In this document: piece by piece, positions 1-13,600 of the stretch
Layout of the letters: each line of letters begins with the position of its first letter
How positions within the stretch are numbered: the stretch's first letter is position 1
NCBI RefSeq assembly: GCF_000002865.3
Contig: NW_001865084.1
Location: forward strand, 174,133 to 224,463
DNA length: 50,331 nucleotides
DNA from: Monosiga brevicollis MX1
Lineage: Eukaryota
Reading direction: 5' to 3'
The notes under the pieces: generated by a model
Databases searched by the model: none
The model's input: only the letters and a program-made list of their open reading frames with translations
Told to the model about the DNA's origin: nothing
Made by a program: the position numbers and the translations under genes

Positions 1-165
1 GAGAGAGTTTGAGAGAGTTTGAGAGAGAGTTTGAGAGAGTTTGGGAGAGAGAGAGAGTTTGAAAGAGAGAGAGTTTGAGAGAGAGAGAGAGAGTTTGAGA
101 GAGTTTGAGAGAGAGAGAGAGAGAGAGTTTAAGAGAGAGTTGAGAGAAGTGAGTTTGAGAGAGCG
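1..165. repeat. GA-rich microsatellite (GAGAGAGTTT-type units)
   Basis: Directly visible tandem (GA)n runs punctuated by TTT. Confidence 0.95.
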
Positions 166-1200
166 CGAGTCAGAGAGGGCGAGTAGATTGAAAGAAACAC
201 AAAAGGAAGTCAGCTCGAGAGGCAAAACCTGCAAAAGTCGTCCGAGTTTAGGAAAGTTGAGGGTTGTGGTGACATCATCAGGGATGAAGCCTTCATGACG
301 GGAGGACAAGATAACATGTAGCGAATGTTACACTTTTATATTTATAAGCATAACTTTATATACACTTCAAGCATACATTGGCATGGATGTTGGGGATGAG
401 CGGGTGCTACCACGTGTGAGAGCGGGAGTCATTGCTACCAGACGGTAGTCGAGGTATCGCATGGTTCGTTCCGGGAAAGGGCATCGGGCCGGCCACGTCG
501 TCGGCCGCATCGTCGGCTGCTGCTGTGCTGTGGATGACGGCTGTAGACTAATGAGCCTGTCCTGGATCATCTGCCTGGCTGGCAGGGAATGTTGATCAAC
601 GCGAATGGACGAGCGGAGAGAGCATAGCGATGTGGGGCGCCTTGAGAGAGAGACAGAGGTGAACGAGAGTGTGACCATCAGAGACAGGCAGCCATCGCAA
701 ACTCACACTAAGCTAAAACATAAGGGGTAAAAGAGAGACAACGAGCAACCGCGTTCAATTTAAGAGACTAAGCAAGCCAGCGCTTGAATTTCAGAGAGAG
801 CGTGTGTGTCTTGTTTTGTCCGGCAGGTGCATGCGTGTGATGTTACTGTGGATTGCTTGTGCTTTGGTGTTTTGTGTGACGATCATCATCTCTGGTTTGT
901 GTGTGGTTTTCAATGGAAGACGGGTCTTCTTGTGGCATTTATCGTCTCAACCTCTGAAGCAGTAAGCCTTGTGCTAGCTCTTTTGGCTTGGCTTGTTCTC
1001 TGGTGGTGTGGTGTCACTTTGGATTCCTCTCTGACTTTTTCACTCCATGGCCTTCACTCTCTGAGTTGCCTGTAAAGTTTAAGGTGTTGTGTGCTTGGCT
1101 CTCGCTCGCACCTGCTCTCTCTCTGCCTCTGTGTCTCTCCCTGTCCTTGTCTCTTGCTCGGTCTCCGCCTCTCGATGTCTCTCTGGCGGCTGCTGGAACG

Positions 1201-1237
1201 GCAGCGGGTCCAGCGGCAGCGGGTCCAGCGGCAGCGG
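1201..1237. repeat. 15-bp tandem repeat GCAGCGGGTCCAGCG, about 2.5 copies
   Basis: Directly visible; followed by a (GT)n run. Confidence 0.85.
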
Positions 1238-1859
1238 TGTGGGTGTGTGTGTGTGTACGGGCAACGGAATGAGGTCTTGATGCTGGCCATCTTCGAGATG
1301 AACCCCAAGCGTATGGGAGGCTGCATGCGGCACAAGGCGAGCTTTGGTGTGATGGGCAGAGAAGGAAGAGGTGGCGTTTGGCCATGGCAGCCCCGTGCTT
1401 GGATGGAGACCGGCCCCTGGTTATGGACAGTGGCGAGGGTATGGGAACAACCGGGGGTGTTAGTATTGTTTTCTTGGAGGCTTGGCATCATGGTGCGAGT
1501 TGCCTTTTGATGGATGGCCGTCCGTCAGAGCTGGGGGCTGCACATGTCGGGCTTTTTGACCTCCAGTGGACCACAACGTGTCCTTGCGCCTCCCGCACAT
1601 GCGAGGCAGAGACGTCCGTCCCACTATACCTCGACCCCTGTCCATGCCGCTGGATGACGCCACTGCTTCAGCTGACAGTCTCTTGGCACTTGCGTGCTGG
1701 TTGCGTTGGCCTCCTATCCGACCGCTCGACTCAAGTCGAACTTGGGCTGCCACATTGCACTTTCTTCTCTGTCTCGCAACGCGCGTTTTGCCGTTGGCTG
1801 CCTCCCGTGCTAGACCGTCATCCACCTTCCTTTCTCTCCCGTTTCTCTCTCCCTGTCTT

Positions 1860-2140
1860 TCTTCTTCTTCTTCTTCTTCTTCTTCTNNNNNNNNNNNNNN
1901 NNNNNNNNNNNNNNNNNNNNNNNNNNNNNNNNNNNNNNNNNNNNNNNNNNNNNNNNNNNNNNNNNNNNNNNNNNNNNNNNNNNNNNNNNNNNNNNNNNNN
2001 NNNNNNNNNNNNNNNNNNNNNNNNNNNNNNNNNNNNNNNNNNNNNNNNNNNNNNNNNNNNNNNNNNNNNNNNNNNNNNNNNNNNNNNNNNNNNNNNNTCT
2101 CCTCCTCCTTCTCCTCCTCCTTCACCTCCTCCTCCTTCTC
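1860..2140. repeat. (CTT)n/(CCT)n microsatellite spanning an assembly gap (N at 1887-2097)
   Basis: Trinucleotide repeats on both sides of the N run. Confidence 0.9.
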
Positions 2141-2304
2141 TTCTTTTTTTTTTTCCCTAAAAGAGTTTTTTTACTTCTGGTCTTCTCGTCTTCCTCCTTG
2201 TTTTCGAGCATGTTTTCTGCTTTCCGCCTGTTTTTTTTTTTCCTGATCAAAAGGCCTCGTGCTCATGCGCCTCCGCCTTGAATTTTGCGGCATAGACGGC
2301 CACC

Positions 2305-5300
2305 ATGTACAAGCACGTGACGCGGTTTAGCCGCGCCGTGGGCCAGTGGCTCAAGCCGGGCTCGGCATTGCCCAGCGGTTCGCGCCCCTTTTTGGCCGCG
2401 TACAGCACTCAGCCCGCGCCCACGGAGCAGTTCATGTCCGGCACCTCCGTCGCATACTACGGTTTGTGTGCATTTGCCTTTTTTTCGCTCTCCATTTTGC
2501 ATGTGGCAACGCACCTTGTTTTCTCCTCCCTGTTCTCACTCCAAACTTGGCCTTGGCCCGTAATCCGGACCATTCCTTTCCCCTTTTGGACAGAGGCCAT
2601 GTACGAGGCCTGGCGTGAGGACCCGAAGAGCGTGCACGCCTCGTGGCGCGCGTTCTTTGACAACGAGGCCAGTGGTCTCGGCAAGGGCCAATCCTACACT
2701 CCGCCGCCCGTCGCCGGCCATGCTGCCCCCAGCGCCTCTGGAGCTGCCCCCACCCTCTCGGCCACCCATTCGGAAATCCTCAACCACCTGAAGGTCGAAC
2801 GCCTCATCCGCGCCTACGAAACTCGCGGCCATAACATTGCCAACCTTGACCCCCTGAACATCATGAACGCCGATCTCGACGGCTCGGTGCGTTCCTTTCC
2901 CGCTTGGAAAAAAAAAAGCTTGAAAGTCTCTTTCTGTCGTTGCCACTGCACGCTCACACCGTGTGTTACAGACTCCCTCAGAGCTGACGCTTGCCCACTA
3001 CGGTTTCACCGAGGCCGACCTGGACAAGACTGTTGTCGTGCCCCCCCACGCCATCTTTGACACGCAACAGGAGAGCCATCTTCCCCTCCGCACTCTGATC
3101 GAGCGCCTGAACAAGGTCTACTGCTCGACCGTGGGCTTTGAGTACATGTTCATTCAGGTTTGTCAAAGTTATGCGGTTGCTCCCCCTCTTACACTTTGAA
3201 AGAAAGAGAGAGGGAAAAAAAAAAAAAGAAGAAGAAAAACATGGGAAAACAAATCTTCATAGACCCGAGAATACCAGCTGCTTTCTTTCTTTTGGCCAAT
3301 GCCGACTCTATCCTCACCCAAACACACACGACCCCGGACTCTTGCTTTGTGGAACGGTTTCTGTTGCGTAGGAGCGCGATCGCGTCAAGTGGATCCAAGA
3401 CAAGGTGTCGGAGCTTCAGCAGCCCACTTCGGCTGACCTCAAGCAGAAGATCGCCAAGGACTTGGTTGATGCTCGTGTAAGCGCTTGAGCTGGGCTCTCA
3501 CTTTGCTGCTTGACGCATGTCCTTGCTCTTCCTCACATTCTGTTTTGGAACCTTCAGGGCTTTGAGCTCTTCCTGCAAAAGAAGTTTGTGTCGGAGAAGC
3601 GCTTTGGTGTCGACGGTGGCGAGGCCCTCATCACGGGCATGCGCCAGCTTCTGCGCCGTGGATCCGAGCTGGGCGTCGAGTTTGCCGTTTTGGGCATGCC
3701 CCACCGTGGCCGTCTCAATGTTCTGGCCAACGTCATGAACAAGCCCGTCGAGCAGATTTTCAACGAGTTCCAGAGCAATCTCGGTATCGATGATGAAGGC
3801 TCTGGTGACGTCAAGTACCATCTGGGCATGTCCTCTGACGTCGTCTTTGACGACACGGGTAACCGCATGCACCTCTCCCTCATGGCCAACCCTTCGCACC
3901 TCGAAGCCGTCAACCCTGTCGTCCTTGGCAAAGCCCGCGCCGAACAGGATTACCGCGGCGACACCAAGCGCAAGCGCGTCGTCCCCATCCTTTTGCACGG
4001 TGACGCCGCCTTTGCTGGCCAGGGCGTCGTGTACGAGTGCTTTGGCTTCACCCAACTCCCTGCCTACACGACCGGCGGTACCATCCATGTGGTCGTCAAC
4101 AATCAGATTGGTTTCACCACCGACCCCCGCTTTGCCCGTTCAACTCCCTACTCGACCGATCTTGCCAAGATGGTCGGTGCCCCCATTTTCCATGTCAACG
4201 GCGACGATCCCGAGGCCGTCGCCCGTGTCTGCCAGGTGGCCATGGAGTGGCGTCAGGAGTTTGGCAACGACGTTGTCGTTGACATTGTCTGCTACCGTCG
4301 TTTTGGTCACAACGAAGCCGATCAGCCCGCCTTTACCCAGCCCCTGATGTACGAGCGCATTGCCGAGCAAAAGCCCGTGGACCAGATTTATGAGGAGAAG
4401 GTTGCCGCCGAAGGCACCATCGACGGCCAGTGGTTCGAATCAGCCCGCAAGACCTACGAGGAGAACCTCAACGCCGCGTGGGATCGCGCCCCGACCTTCA
4501 AAAACACCCGCCCCGAGTACCTGGGCTCGTGGTGGTCCTCTCTCAAGTCTCAGCAAGTCGACGTGGCCCAAATCTACGACACGGGCGTTGACGAGGCTCT
4601 GCTCAAGGAAGTTGGCACGGTACGTGTTTGATCCTGGCTCGTGAAGAGCGCGTTGACCGCCCCGATCACCCCGCTGCCAACCTAAATGCATGTGTTTTGT
4701 TGCAGTTGGTTGTCCCGCCTCCATCCTCATTCGATCGCTTTGTGTGGTACCACAGATTTTCAGCCAGTATCCGGATGACTTTAACATTCACCGCTCTCTC
4801 AAGAAGATTCTGCAGTCGCGTCTGGATAGCATTGTCGAGGACACGGGCATGGACTGGGCTACCGCCGAGGGTCTGGCCTTTGGTACCCTTTTGATGGAGG
4901 GCAAGGCTGTCCGCCTGAGTGGCCAGGACGTCGAGCGCGGTACCTTCTCGCAGCGCCACCACGTGCTGCACGACCAGAAGGTTGATGGCAAGACTTACGT
5001 GTCCCTGCAGGAGCTGGCGCCGGCCCAGACCAACTACTCCGTCTCCAACAGCCACCTGAGCGAGTACGGTGTGCTGGGCTTTGAGCTTGGCTACTCGATG
5101 GTCAACCCCCACTCGCTCATTTGCTGGGAGGCCCAGTTCGGTGACTTTGCCAACACGGCCCAGTGCATCATCGATCAGTTTATCGCTGCCGGCGAGCACA
5201 AGTGGCGCCGCATGACTGGCCTGACCATGCTCCTGCCGCACGGTTACGAGGGCATGGGCCCCGAGCACTCGAGCGGTCGCATCGAGCGCTTCCTGCAGCT

Positions 5301-6107
5301 GTGCAACGACAACGAGTCAGTCTATCCCGAGATGCGTGATGGCCAGCGCCGTCAGATCCAGGATTGCAACATTCAGGTTGTCAATGCCACCACCCCCGCC
5401 AACTACTTCCACGTTCTTCGTCGTCAAGTCCACCGCGATTTCCGCAAGCCTCTCGTTGTCTTCACCCCCAAGAGCCTCCTGCGCCACCCAATGTGCAAGT
5501 GCGTAGCGTTTGTCTTTCTTTGCTCATCTTTTCTCGCGCTTGCATGGCTCCATGTGTCAATGGTCGTGTCCATGGGGTAACCGGACATATCGAGCCCTTT
5601 TCAGGCAGTTCTCTCAACCATGGTCTTTTTCCTGCGTCTGCGCTTCCTAGGTCCACGCTGGCCGACATTGGTGCCGGCACTCGCTTCACTCGCTTCTATT
5701 CTGAAACCGACGAGAGCATTTCCAGCAACCCTGATGGTGTCAAGCGTGTCGTGCTCTGCTCGGGCAAGGTCTACTACGACCTGCTGAAGCATCGCCAGGA
5801 CAACAACATCACCGATGTGGCCATTGGCCGCGTGGAGCAGATCAGCCCCTTCCCCTTTGATCTTGTCCACAACATGATGGACCAGTACCCCAATGCCGAG
5901 GTGGTCTGGTGCCAGGAGGAGCCTCGTAACATGGGCGCCTGGTCTTACGTTGACTCGCGCATTGAGACGGCTCTCTCAAAGTCGGAGCACCACCAGGGTG
6001 CCCGCGCTCGCTACGTGGGTCGCAACGCCAGCGCCTCGGTTGCTGCTGGTGATAAGAAGCAGCACAACGCAGAGCAGCAGTCGCTCATCGAGCAAGCCCT
6101 CCAATAA
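2305..6107 (+). CDS. OGDH: 2-oxoglutarate dehydrogenase E1 component, mitochondrial; 7 exons (2305-2461, 2594-2886, 2972-3157, 3372-3476, 3558-4619, 4756-5498, 5651-6107)
   Basis: Motifs [30 protein letters not shown]...NNQIGFTT (TPP binding), [48 protein letters not shown]. Basic N-terminal presequence. GT-AG introns keep the frame. Confidence 0.98.
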
Positions 6108-6511
6108 ATTTACCCATCCGTCTTGGCGGTTCGGCCGCCATGTGCACCTTTGCCCTGTCATCTGTTTGCCTCTTGCCCCCTCTTGATCTTTTCTTCTCTT
6201 TCCTCTTCTCAGCAACTGTCCACGCAGCTCTACGAATTTGTTAGCCCTTGCGTTTTGCATCATTGTGCCGTTGATGTCTTTGTATAGTTCATGTCGACAG
6301 CTCTGCGCTGTTCTGACAATTCGTGCTTCTTCCTCTGCCGCCCTTTGTTTTTTTGGCCAATGTAGAAGCGATGTTAGGCTGTTTGCTGGCCGACCTCGAA
6401 ATCCCTTTTTTTTTCCCCGTTTTCTGGTTTGGTCAACTGGAAATTACGCTTCTCGTGCCAAAATCCATGAGGATATTATGACTCGCGTCTCGCTCATATA
6501 TATCAATTCCA

Positions 6512-6529
6512 TTAGGGTTAGGGTTAGGG
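6512..6529 (+). repeat. Interstitial (TTAGGG)3 telomere-type repeat
   Basis: ttagggttagggttaggg between two convergent genes. Confidence 0.8.
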
Positions 6530-6637
6530 AGATGTCGCGACAGAGGAGGGTGGCTATCCACATGGTATGCAACAAAGATGATTGGACTCTGGGCAAAAAA
6601 GAAAAATTGCAGGCGCAGGTGATGGCGCACCGCGTGG

Positions 6638-8719
6638 TTATGATCGCCAAAAGAAGAGTAAAGAAAGACCACGGCGGTGCTTGGACCTGATCAGTTGACC
6701 CTTGGCTGTCTTCTCCAGCTGTACTCGCTGGGCCAGTTCATTATGAAAGTAGCGGGCGACAGCTGGTGACGGGGCCATGCCAATGAGGGCCACGCGGCGC
6801 AGGGTGTGGTTGTTAGCCAGAGCCGAGGCAAAGTCACGAAGCGCCTGCTCGCTCACGGCATGTTCCGTGGCATGGTACAGCTGCGACAGGTCCAGAGCTT
6901 GTAGTTGCTTGTTGAGAACCATGGATTGGGCCAAGGCTCGCAGCCCACTATCACCAATGTTGTTGTTGCGGAGGCAGAGGCAACGCAAGCTGTGGTTGGC
7001 CCGCAGGGCACGAGCCAAGCTTTCCACACCAATGTAGGACATGCCAACCTCTTCCAAATCCAGTTCGCGCAGCGTGCTGTTGAGGCGAAGTGTTGAAGCA
7101 AAGGACACGGCACCGGCGTCTTGCAATGGGTTGTGCCGTAGCCCAAGCTTGCGCAAAGTTGTGTTGCGCTCCAAGGCCTCAGCCAAAGCTCGGGCACCAC
7201 CCACTGAGATGTGGTTGAAGCGAGCGTCCACTTCTTCAAGCGTGAGACTGCAAGCCAAGGCTTGGGCAAGCGCTATGGCGCCTGCGTTGCCCATGCGGTT
7301 GTCCCACAAAATCAGGCGCTTCAGGGTGGCGGCCGGCTGCGAGCCAGCGTGCAAATATCCATGAGCTTTGGCACTGGGTCGGCCCTGTCAGAGACGGGAA
7401 GCGCGCAGGTGATGGCTGTACCGTTTTGAGATGTAGCATCAGGGGCTGGAGCGCAGCGGCACCCAGCTCATTGCATTGCAGGTCGAGCGTCTCAATGGTC
7501 ATGTGCTATCATGGAAAGGTGTCAACGCAGGACCAACCACAGGGCCGAGTATACGGTGATGAGGCCAAGTGAGGCCACGGAGCACGGAGCAAAACTTGAC
7601 CAAGACCGGCATCAAATGCATCGGACCCCAGGTAACGGACCTTGATGGTATTGCACAACTCTGCAATGCCGTGGGCCGTGAGGCAATTGTCCCCGAGGTT
7701 GAGATGGCGCAGATACTTGAGCTGGGCAATGACAGGCAAAAGTGCCATCAAATCGTCATCATGGAGTTGGGTGGAAGCAAGGTGAAGCTCCTCAAGCCAA
7801 GGGCAGCGGAGGAGCCAAGTCGCGACGGCCGCAGCGTCAAGACGCTCCATTTTCATGTGTGAAATGTCCAGCCGGCGCAGGGCGCTCCAGCAGTCGGTTT
7901 CGGCAAAGTAGCGCATGACGGCTGCGTTAAAGCCGTTCTCACTGAGATCCAGTTCTCGGAGGTCGGGACACGCCAGCATCAGACGGACAATGTAGCGGGC
8001 ATTGGCGGGGCTCAGATAGCAGTTGCTCAAGCGCAAGACGCTCAGATTCTAATTTGCAGGAGCAGGGTTTTTGGTGCGTGTCAGACACTAGCCTTGGGCA
8101 CAACGGAACCGAGGGAGACGAGCTCAAATGGTCCAGCAACTCAAGGAACAGGCGGGTGGGGGCGAGGGCTGACCGATGATGTGCTGCGGACGAGGGCGAG
8201 GAGGTGGGCGTTGGCCACTTGAACATTGGAGAGGGTCAGCTCGCGTCCGAAGAACTGATCAAAGGGGGCAGCGGGGACGAGTCTATTGTGTGGTCGTGGC
8301 ACCACGAGGATGCTGGGCTGCTTTTGGGTCAAGACGTAGGTTAACGTGGCACTGGAGACCTTGTCGTACACTGGCCGTAGGTCGACCTTGAGCCAGCGCG
8401 CACGGGCAAACTGGCGGCACACCTGTGCTGCACGACCCAGATCCTGGATATCCAAGTAGCTAGAAATAAGCAGAGGCATGCGGTGAGATGGCAACTTCAC
8501 ATGCCGGCTACGGCGGTGTAGTTGTGAAAGCTGGAGCCATTACCAGAAGATGCGTTCGATGAGTTCAAGGGGCAGGTGCTGGACTGCTGGATTGTCCTGG
8601 ACCAAAGCGCTGCTGTCTGTGCTGCTGTTCAACATTTGACGCTTGCGGCGGCGGCCAGACTTTGGCCGACAATTGAGGCCAGCTCCACCAAACATGTTGG
8701 CCAGGCCAATGTGAAACAT
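6638..8719 (-). CDS. F-box protein with ribonuclease-inhibitor-type (about 28 aa) leucine-rich repeats; multi-exon, exact ends uncertain
   Basis: Spliced F-box LPLELIERIF|CYLDIQDLGRAAQVCRQF (intron 8460-8543). Repeats such as LRKLGLRHNPLQDAGAVSFASTL, LRCLCLRNNNIGDSGLRALAQSM, LRHLNLGDNCLTAHGIAEL. Confidence 0.88.
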
Positions 8720-10107
8720 GGCTGCCAATGTCGAGGTCGTAGCACGTTCAAAATATTTGCCAGCGAGTTGTCGAAGCAGCGACGCAGGCGTGTCAACGAG
8801 GCAACTAGGATCAGGACTATTTGACGCGCGAGCGCGAGCGTAGGTCTGGTTGGCAGCAGGGATAACCTTTTGACAGACGTGCAAGCGGACCAAGCCAAGA
8901 ATGCCGAGCAAGCCAAAGTAACACGGGGCTGGCCAGGCAGGCGTTGTTGATGGGGCTAGGTACAGCTCTGTAAAGGCCACCACACACGCTTTGAGAAAGA
9001 AGGGCAAGAGGAAGAGGAAGAAGGAAAGGAAAAAAAAAACAAGGCACGGGCCACCGCGCCACAAAGTCAGAGTATGCTTGAATGGCGTCTGGAGTCCTTG
9101 TGGGCTGCTCGGAAGGAGGGTGGCTGAATGGCAGGAGGAGGAGGACGTTGTGGTCTCGCGGGCGCGAATGGCAGCGACACAGGGAGGGGCACCGGAGAAA
9201 TGCGGTGGTCAACCGACCAGCCAGACTAACCACACGCTGGTGGTCGACATGGGCAGGGGCAACCACAAGGACCGTAATGGCAGTGCAACAGTGCTTGCAC
9301 GTCCCCAACGCCGGCAGGATCAATCAAAACAAAACTGACATAAACAAAAAAAAAAGAAAAAAGGAAGACGAAGGCTCTGGCCTCTGGCTCGCGCGTGCAA
9401 GAGTGGGGGGGGAACGTAAGGGAGGCCAGGCACGAACAGATGGGAGAGATGACCGTTGTTGCGAGGCATGCCCGTGTCCAAGAAGGAGTTGGGAAGGGGA
9501 CACAAACAACAAGGGGAGAACGGTGGGGGATGCGAGCAAGCGCTAAGAAACCACAAGTTTGGTCAGGGTGGGGGTTACTGTGGATGGTGGTTGGTGACGG
9601 GGGTTTTTTTTGAGGGGTGGCTTGGCCGTGTGCTGGTAAACACTGCGAATCCGCGGAGCTGGTTGGTAGGGACCACTTTGCAGCACTACCAGCTGAATCG
9701 TCCACACACCCAAACCTCTCACTGCCAAACTGCAACTGGCACAATTCCTGGGAACCAGATTCTCTTTCTCTCGACTTCTGACTCTCGCGAATTTGAGAGC
9801 TCAATGAGGTACCGATCAAGTAGATCGCAGGCAAGCTCCCGGCACGATCAAAGGATGAGACACTGATGCCACTCGCCGATAGTCCGCCGCAACAGTCGCG
9901 GATGACCGTGCGCTGCCATTTCTCTCGTTCTTTCGCGCCAGCGCCAAATTGTTGATTGTGCACTTGTAACCGAAAACGTCAGATTTTATGGACTGTTTGA
10001 CTTTGACACACTTCAATTTGGAAAAGTGTGACATGTGCTACAATAAGAAATTTAGCGGCGTCCTTACACATGTAAGTCGGGTGGGTGCTTGGGAGGTTTG
10101 TGAGTGT

Positions 10108-10110
<3 letters not shown>

Positions 10111-10152
<42 letters not shown>

Positions 10153-10380
10153 AGAGAGGGAGAGAGAGAGGTAGAGAGTGGGTGAGATCGGCGGGAACGA
10201 TGCAGAGAGCAACGATGCTTTGCTCAGTGCATTCAGAGATACGATATCATTGCGAAGCTTTTTGAGCAGTTGTCAGAGAGTAAGGCTTTCAATAGTCAAA
10301 CGCTCAGAGATGGTAGTCCATGGTACGTGCGTGCTTTGAGAAAGAGAGAAGAGAGAGAGAGAAAGAGAGAGAGAGAAAAA

Positions 10381-10438
<58 letters not shown>

Positions 10439-10440
10439 CA
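10111..10440. repeat. Two (GA)n microsatellite tracts (about 10111-10170 and 10340-10438)
   Basis: Directly visible. Confidence 0.9.
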
Positions 10441-10625
10441 GGCTCTTGCGCATGTGGTGTTTGGTCGCTGTTCTCACATGTCAGTGAAATGTGTGAGTGT
10501 GTGCGTATGGGCGTGTTGCAAATTCATGGCCAACATGCGCCAAGATGCAAAGGGCTGCATCACACGAAACATCGAAGAAGTACGCTTGGAGATGAATTCG
10601 TGAGGGAAGGCGGGGCGGGGTAAAA

Positions 10626-13600
10626 CTACTGGGAGGCAGTCTCTGCCTCCAGATACTCGACTGCCGACTTGCCATAGGGATCTAAGCAAAGACGAGGGGT
10701 GCAAACAAATTGCCATCAGATTTCGACTCGTTCACATCTGGTCTCTCAGAAAGGCGACTTCTTTCCTTTCGATATCCACACACGCGCTACTCACTCAAGA
10801 AAGCACGCTCGGCGTTGCCCGAAGAGACGTAGTGGCGTGAGGCACCCGTCATCATAATCGGCTGCCCCAGCAAGGTCTTGAGGCGTGCCTGTTTGACCCA
10901 ACACACCACGCAGATGAATTTCCACATTGACGCGGTTTGTGCTTCGAGGACAAACGCAACCAGTTGTCAGTATCCTGCTCACGCTTGCTCGCTCACCTTG
11001 CAGTCGGCCAACTGCTGCGCTGTCTTTTGAGAGGCTGCCGACTCCTCCTCCAAGAGATCGTCATCCAGTTCAATGTCCATCTCTCGCGCGGCCTTGGCAA
11101 ACCAGTTGTTATTGTTCTTGGGCTATCAGCACCGCAAGCAGAGCCCCAATGGTGAGTGGTCAGGCCAACGGCCGCTCTCAGGTTCATGGCCTTGCTGCGC
11201 AAATGTGTACCTACCTTATTAGTTTGGCGCTGCAAACGCTCCACCTTGACGGCTGCGCCCAAGAGTGCCTTGATGCCCTTGAAAAAACCTAGTTCGACAG
11301 GGAAAGCTTGCATGTCCGTAGTGCTACCGTGCGAATGTTGTGCACGGGGTGGGGTGTTGGGCGCGTGAGTCCATGTCGTGCAAACAAGGCAACGGCCTCC
11401 TGCTTGGGCACTTACCGGTTCAGCGTCTTGTGAATGTTGGCGTAAGCTTGCTGGTCCTCCGGGCTTTGCAACACGACGCTGAGACCCGCTGCCGTGCCAC
11501 GTGCAGTTCGACCCGCACGATGCACGTAGCTGTCAGCATGCTTGGGGAGCTGATAGTGCACGACATACTGCACGTTCTGAATGTCCAAACCGCGCGCCGC
11601 CACGTCGGTAGCGAGCAGCACGCAGTTGTCCTGCTCCTTGAAGCGATCCAGGAACTTTAAGCGTTGCCTAAAGTTCAGCAAGCTGGTGAGGCGAAAACCT
11701 GGCCCGATGCGCTGAACGGAAATTCGGCAACCAACGACTCACAACAGCCCCACTCACAACAGCCCTCCCCGTGTTTTTATAAAAAAAAAAAAAAAGAAGA
11801 AGAAGAGAGAAGATGCGCCGTACCGTTGCTGCATCTGCGCATGCAGGGCTTGTGGATTGAGTCCAACGAGGTCGAGGACGGTCTTGAGTCGCTTGAGAAC
11901 GTCAATCGTGTTGACAAAGACCAAGGTGCGACCGGGAAAGCGCCGCAAAAAGTAGTACAAATACACTTCTTTGTCCGTGCTGGGACAGGTAATGCGCACC
12001 TCCTGCAGCCCGCGAGCCAGACGCTGTTCCCCTGCCATGATTTGGGTGCTCAGGTCCAACTGGGCAAAGCTTTTGCGAAGACCACACGCCTGCACGACAC
12101 GACTCAAGGCACGCTCAATCGACGTGTCGGTGGCGCCCTTGCCGCCGGCCTGTCGCTGCCCCTTGCGTCCTCCCTTCTATACATGACAAAAATCAGCGTC
12201 AAGTTGGGTCAGATTGGCGCCTCCTGCCCTCAAGTCACAAAGCATGCCTGCGATACCCGCTCTGGGACGAAACGGAACTTTTGGGGACCCACCTGAAACT
12301 GGGGCAAAAGCGTGGCAGAGAATAGAAACGTCTGACGCTTGACCTTGTTCTGCTCCAAAGCCAGCTGAGTCTCCACCTCGTCAGGACCTTGGGTCTTCTT
12401 GTCCTCCAACTGAGTGAGCGTCGAGTCGGCTGCTGGCGTTTTGCGTTGCGCACGGTCAGAGTCTTCCGTGGGCTGCTCATGATCATCCTCTGCCTCAGCC
12501 GCATCGCTCTCGTCGTCACTATCAGCGCCCTCGTCCGTCTCCACGGCTTCATCAGCGTCCTCGGCCTCATCTTCGCTGTCGTCGTGAGCCTGGTCCATGG
12601 CCGTCGGGATGAAACTCATCCCATCACGCTACACACCAAAACACAAACATGCGGTTGAAAGGTTGAAATAAGCACAGAAGAAGGTAGGCAATCAAGTGAT
12701 TCGACATTGAGCAATCGGATGTGGTAGACGCACGCGCAATTTCAACAGCATCTGGGTGATTCGATCATCGGCAGTCTCGGTGCCAAAGACGTCCATGAGA
12801 ACTTCCTCTTCAAGCTTGTCTTTGGAGGAGCGCTTGCGACCATCAGATTGGGTGGCCGACGGCTCTTCTACATTCGATGGCACTTCTTGGACATTGGGCG
12901 TGCCATCACGCCGGGCGTTCTCGCGCACACGTTGCAAGTAAGCGTCTTCCTCTGTGGGAAAGGCAGGCCTGGTTTCAAAAGTGGGGATGGGCAGGGGGTC
13001 AGCGGTGAGATGGAAGCTGGCACACATATGTGACGGCCGAGGCGCTTCGCAAACGCACTGGGTTGGGCGGGGTAAGCGAGCCAAGATCTTGTCCAACTCG
13101 GCAAAGTGTCCACGCTCGACCATACGATCTGCTTCGTCCAACACCAAAAACCGCAGGCTACACAGATATTCGCAAAACAGCCAAAGAGTCAGATCGTAGT
13201 AAAAGGAGATTGAACAAAAAGAATGGAAGAAGAGGAGCGGCGCCACAAACAATTTGCGAGAACACCAACCTGTCCAAATGAGCAAAGTGTACGTGGCCTG
13301 ATTGAATGATTTCCCACAGACGGCCAGGGGTTCCGACCACAATCTCAGGTTTTGCCTTGAGCAGGCGCTCTTGCTTGACGAGCGCCATGCCACCCACGAT
13401 GGCGGTCACTCGCACAGAGAGTGGGGTGGCCAATGGTTTGAGGTGTTGTTGAATCTGCCAGAGGGATTGCTGCACGTGAGGAGCCAGCAGGGGTGTGCGA
13501 GGCAGAGGGAGCGTGCGGCTGCTTTGGCATCATACTTGTAGGGCCAGCTCTCGGGTCGGGGTAAGAATAAGGCATTGCAAGCCCGCGGTACTCCGTCCCT

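Noticed and set aside
41..298. Glu/Arg-rich ORF, and similar ORFs at 9988, 10270, 16018 and 33211
   Set aside because: Translations of GA microsatellites
300..800. Possible retroelement fragment (TATTTATA box; a minus-strand frame reading GRPDALSR, like a gypsy RNase H end)
   Set aside because: Motif too short, surrounded by stops, no other pol motifs or LTR pair
1054..1860. Overlapping 120-260 aa ORFs upstream of OGDH
   Set aside because: No recognisable domain; inflated by repeats and the N gap
3498..5268. Long antisense ORFs inside OGDH (also inside the kinase and L-domain genes)
   Set aside because: Shadow ORFs caused by GC3-rich codon bias
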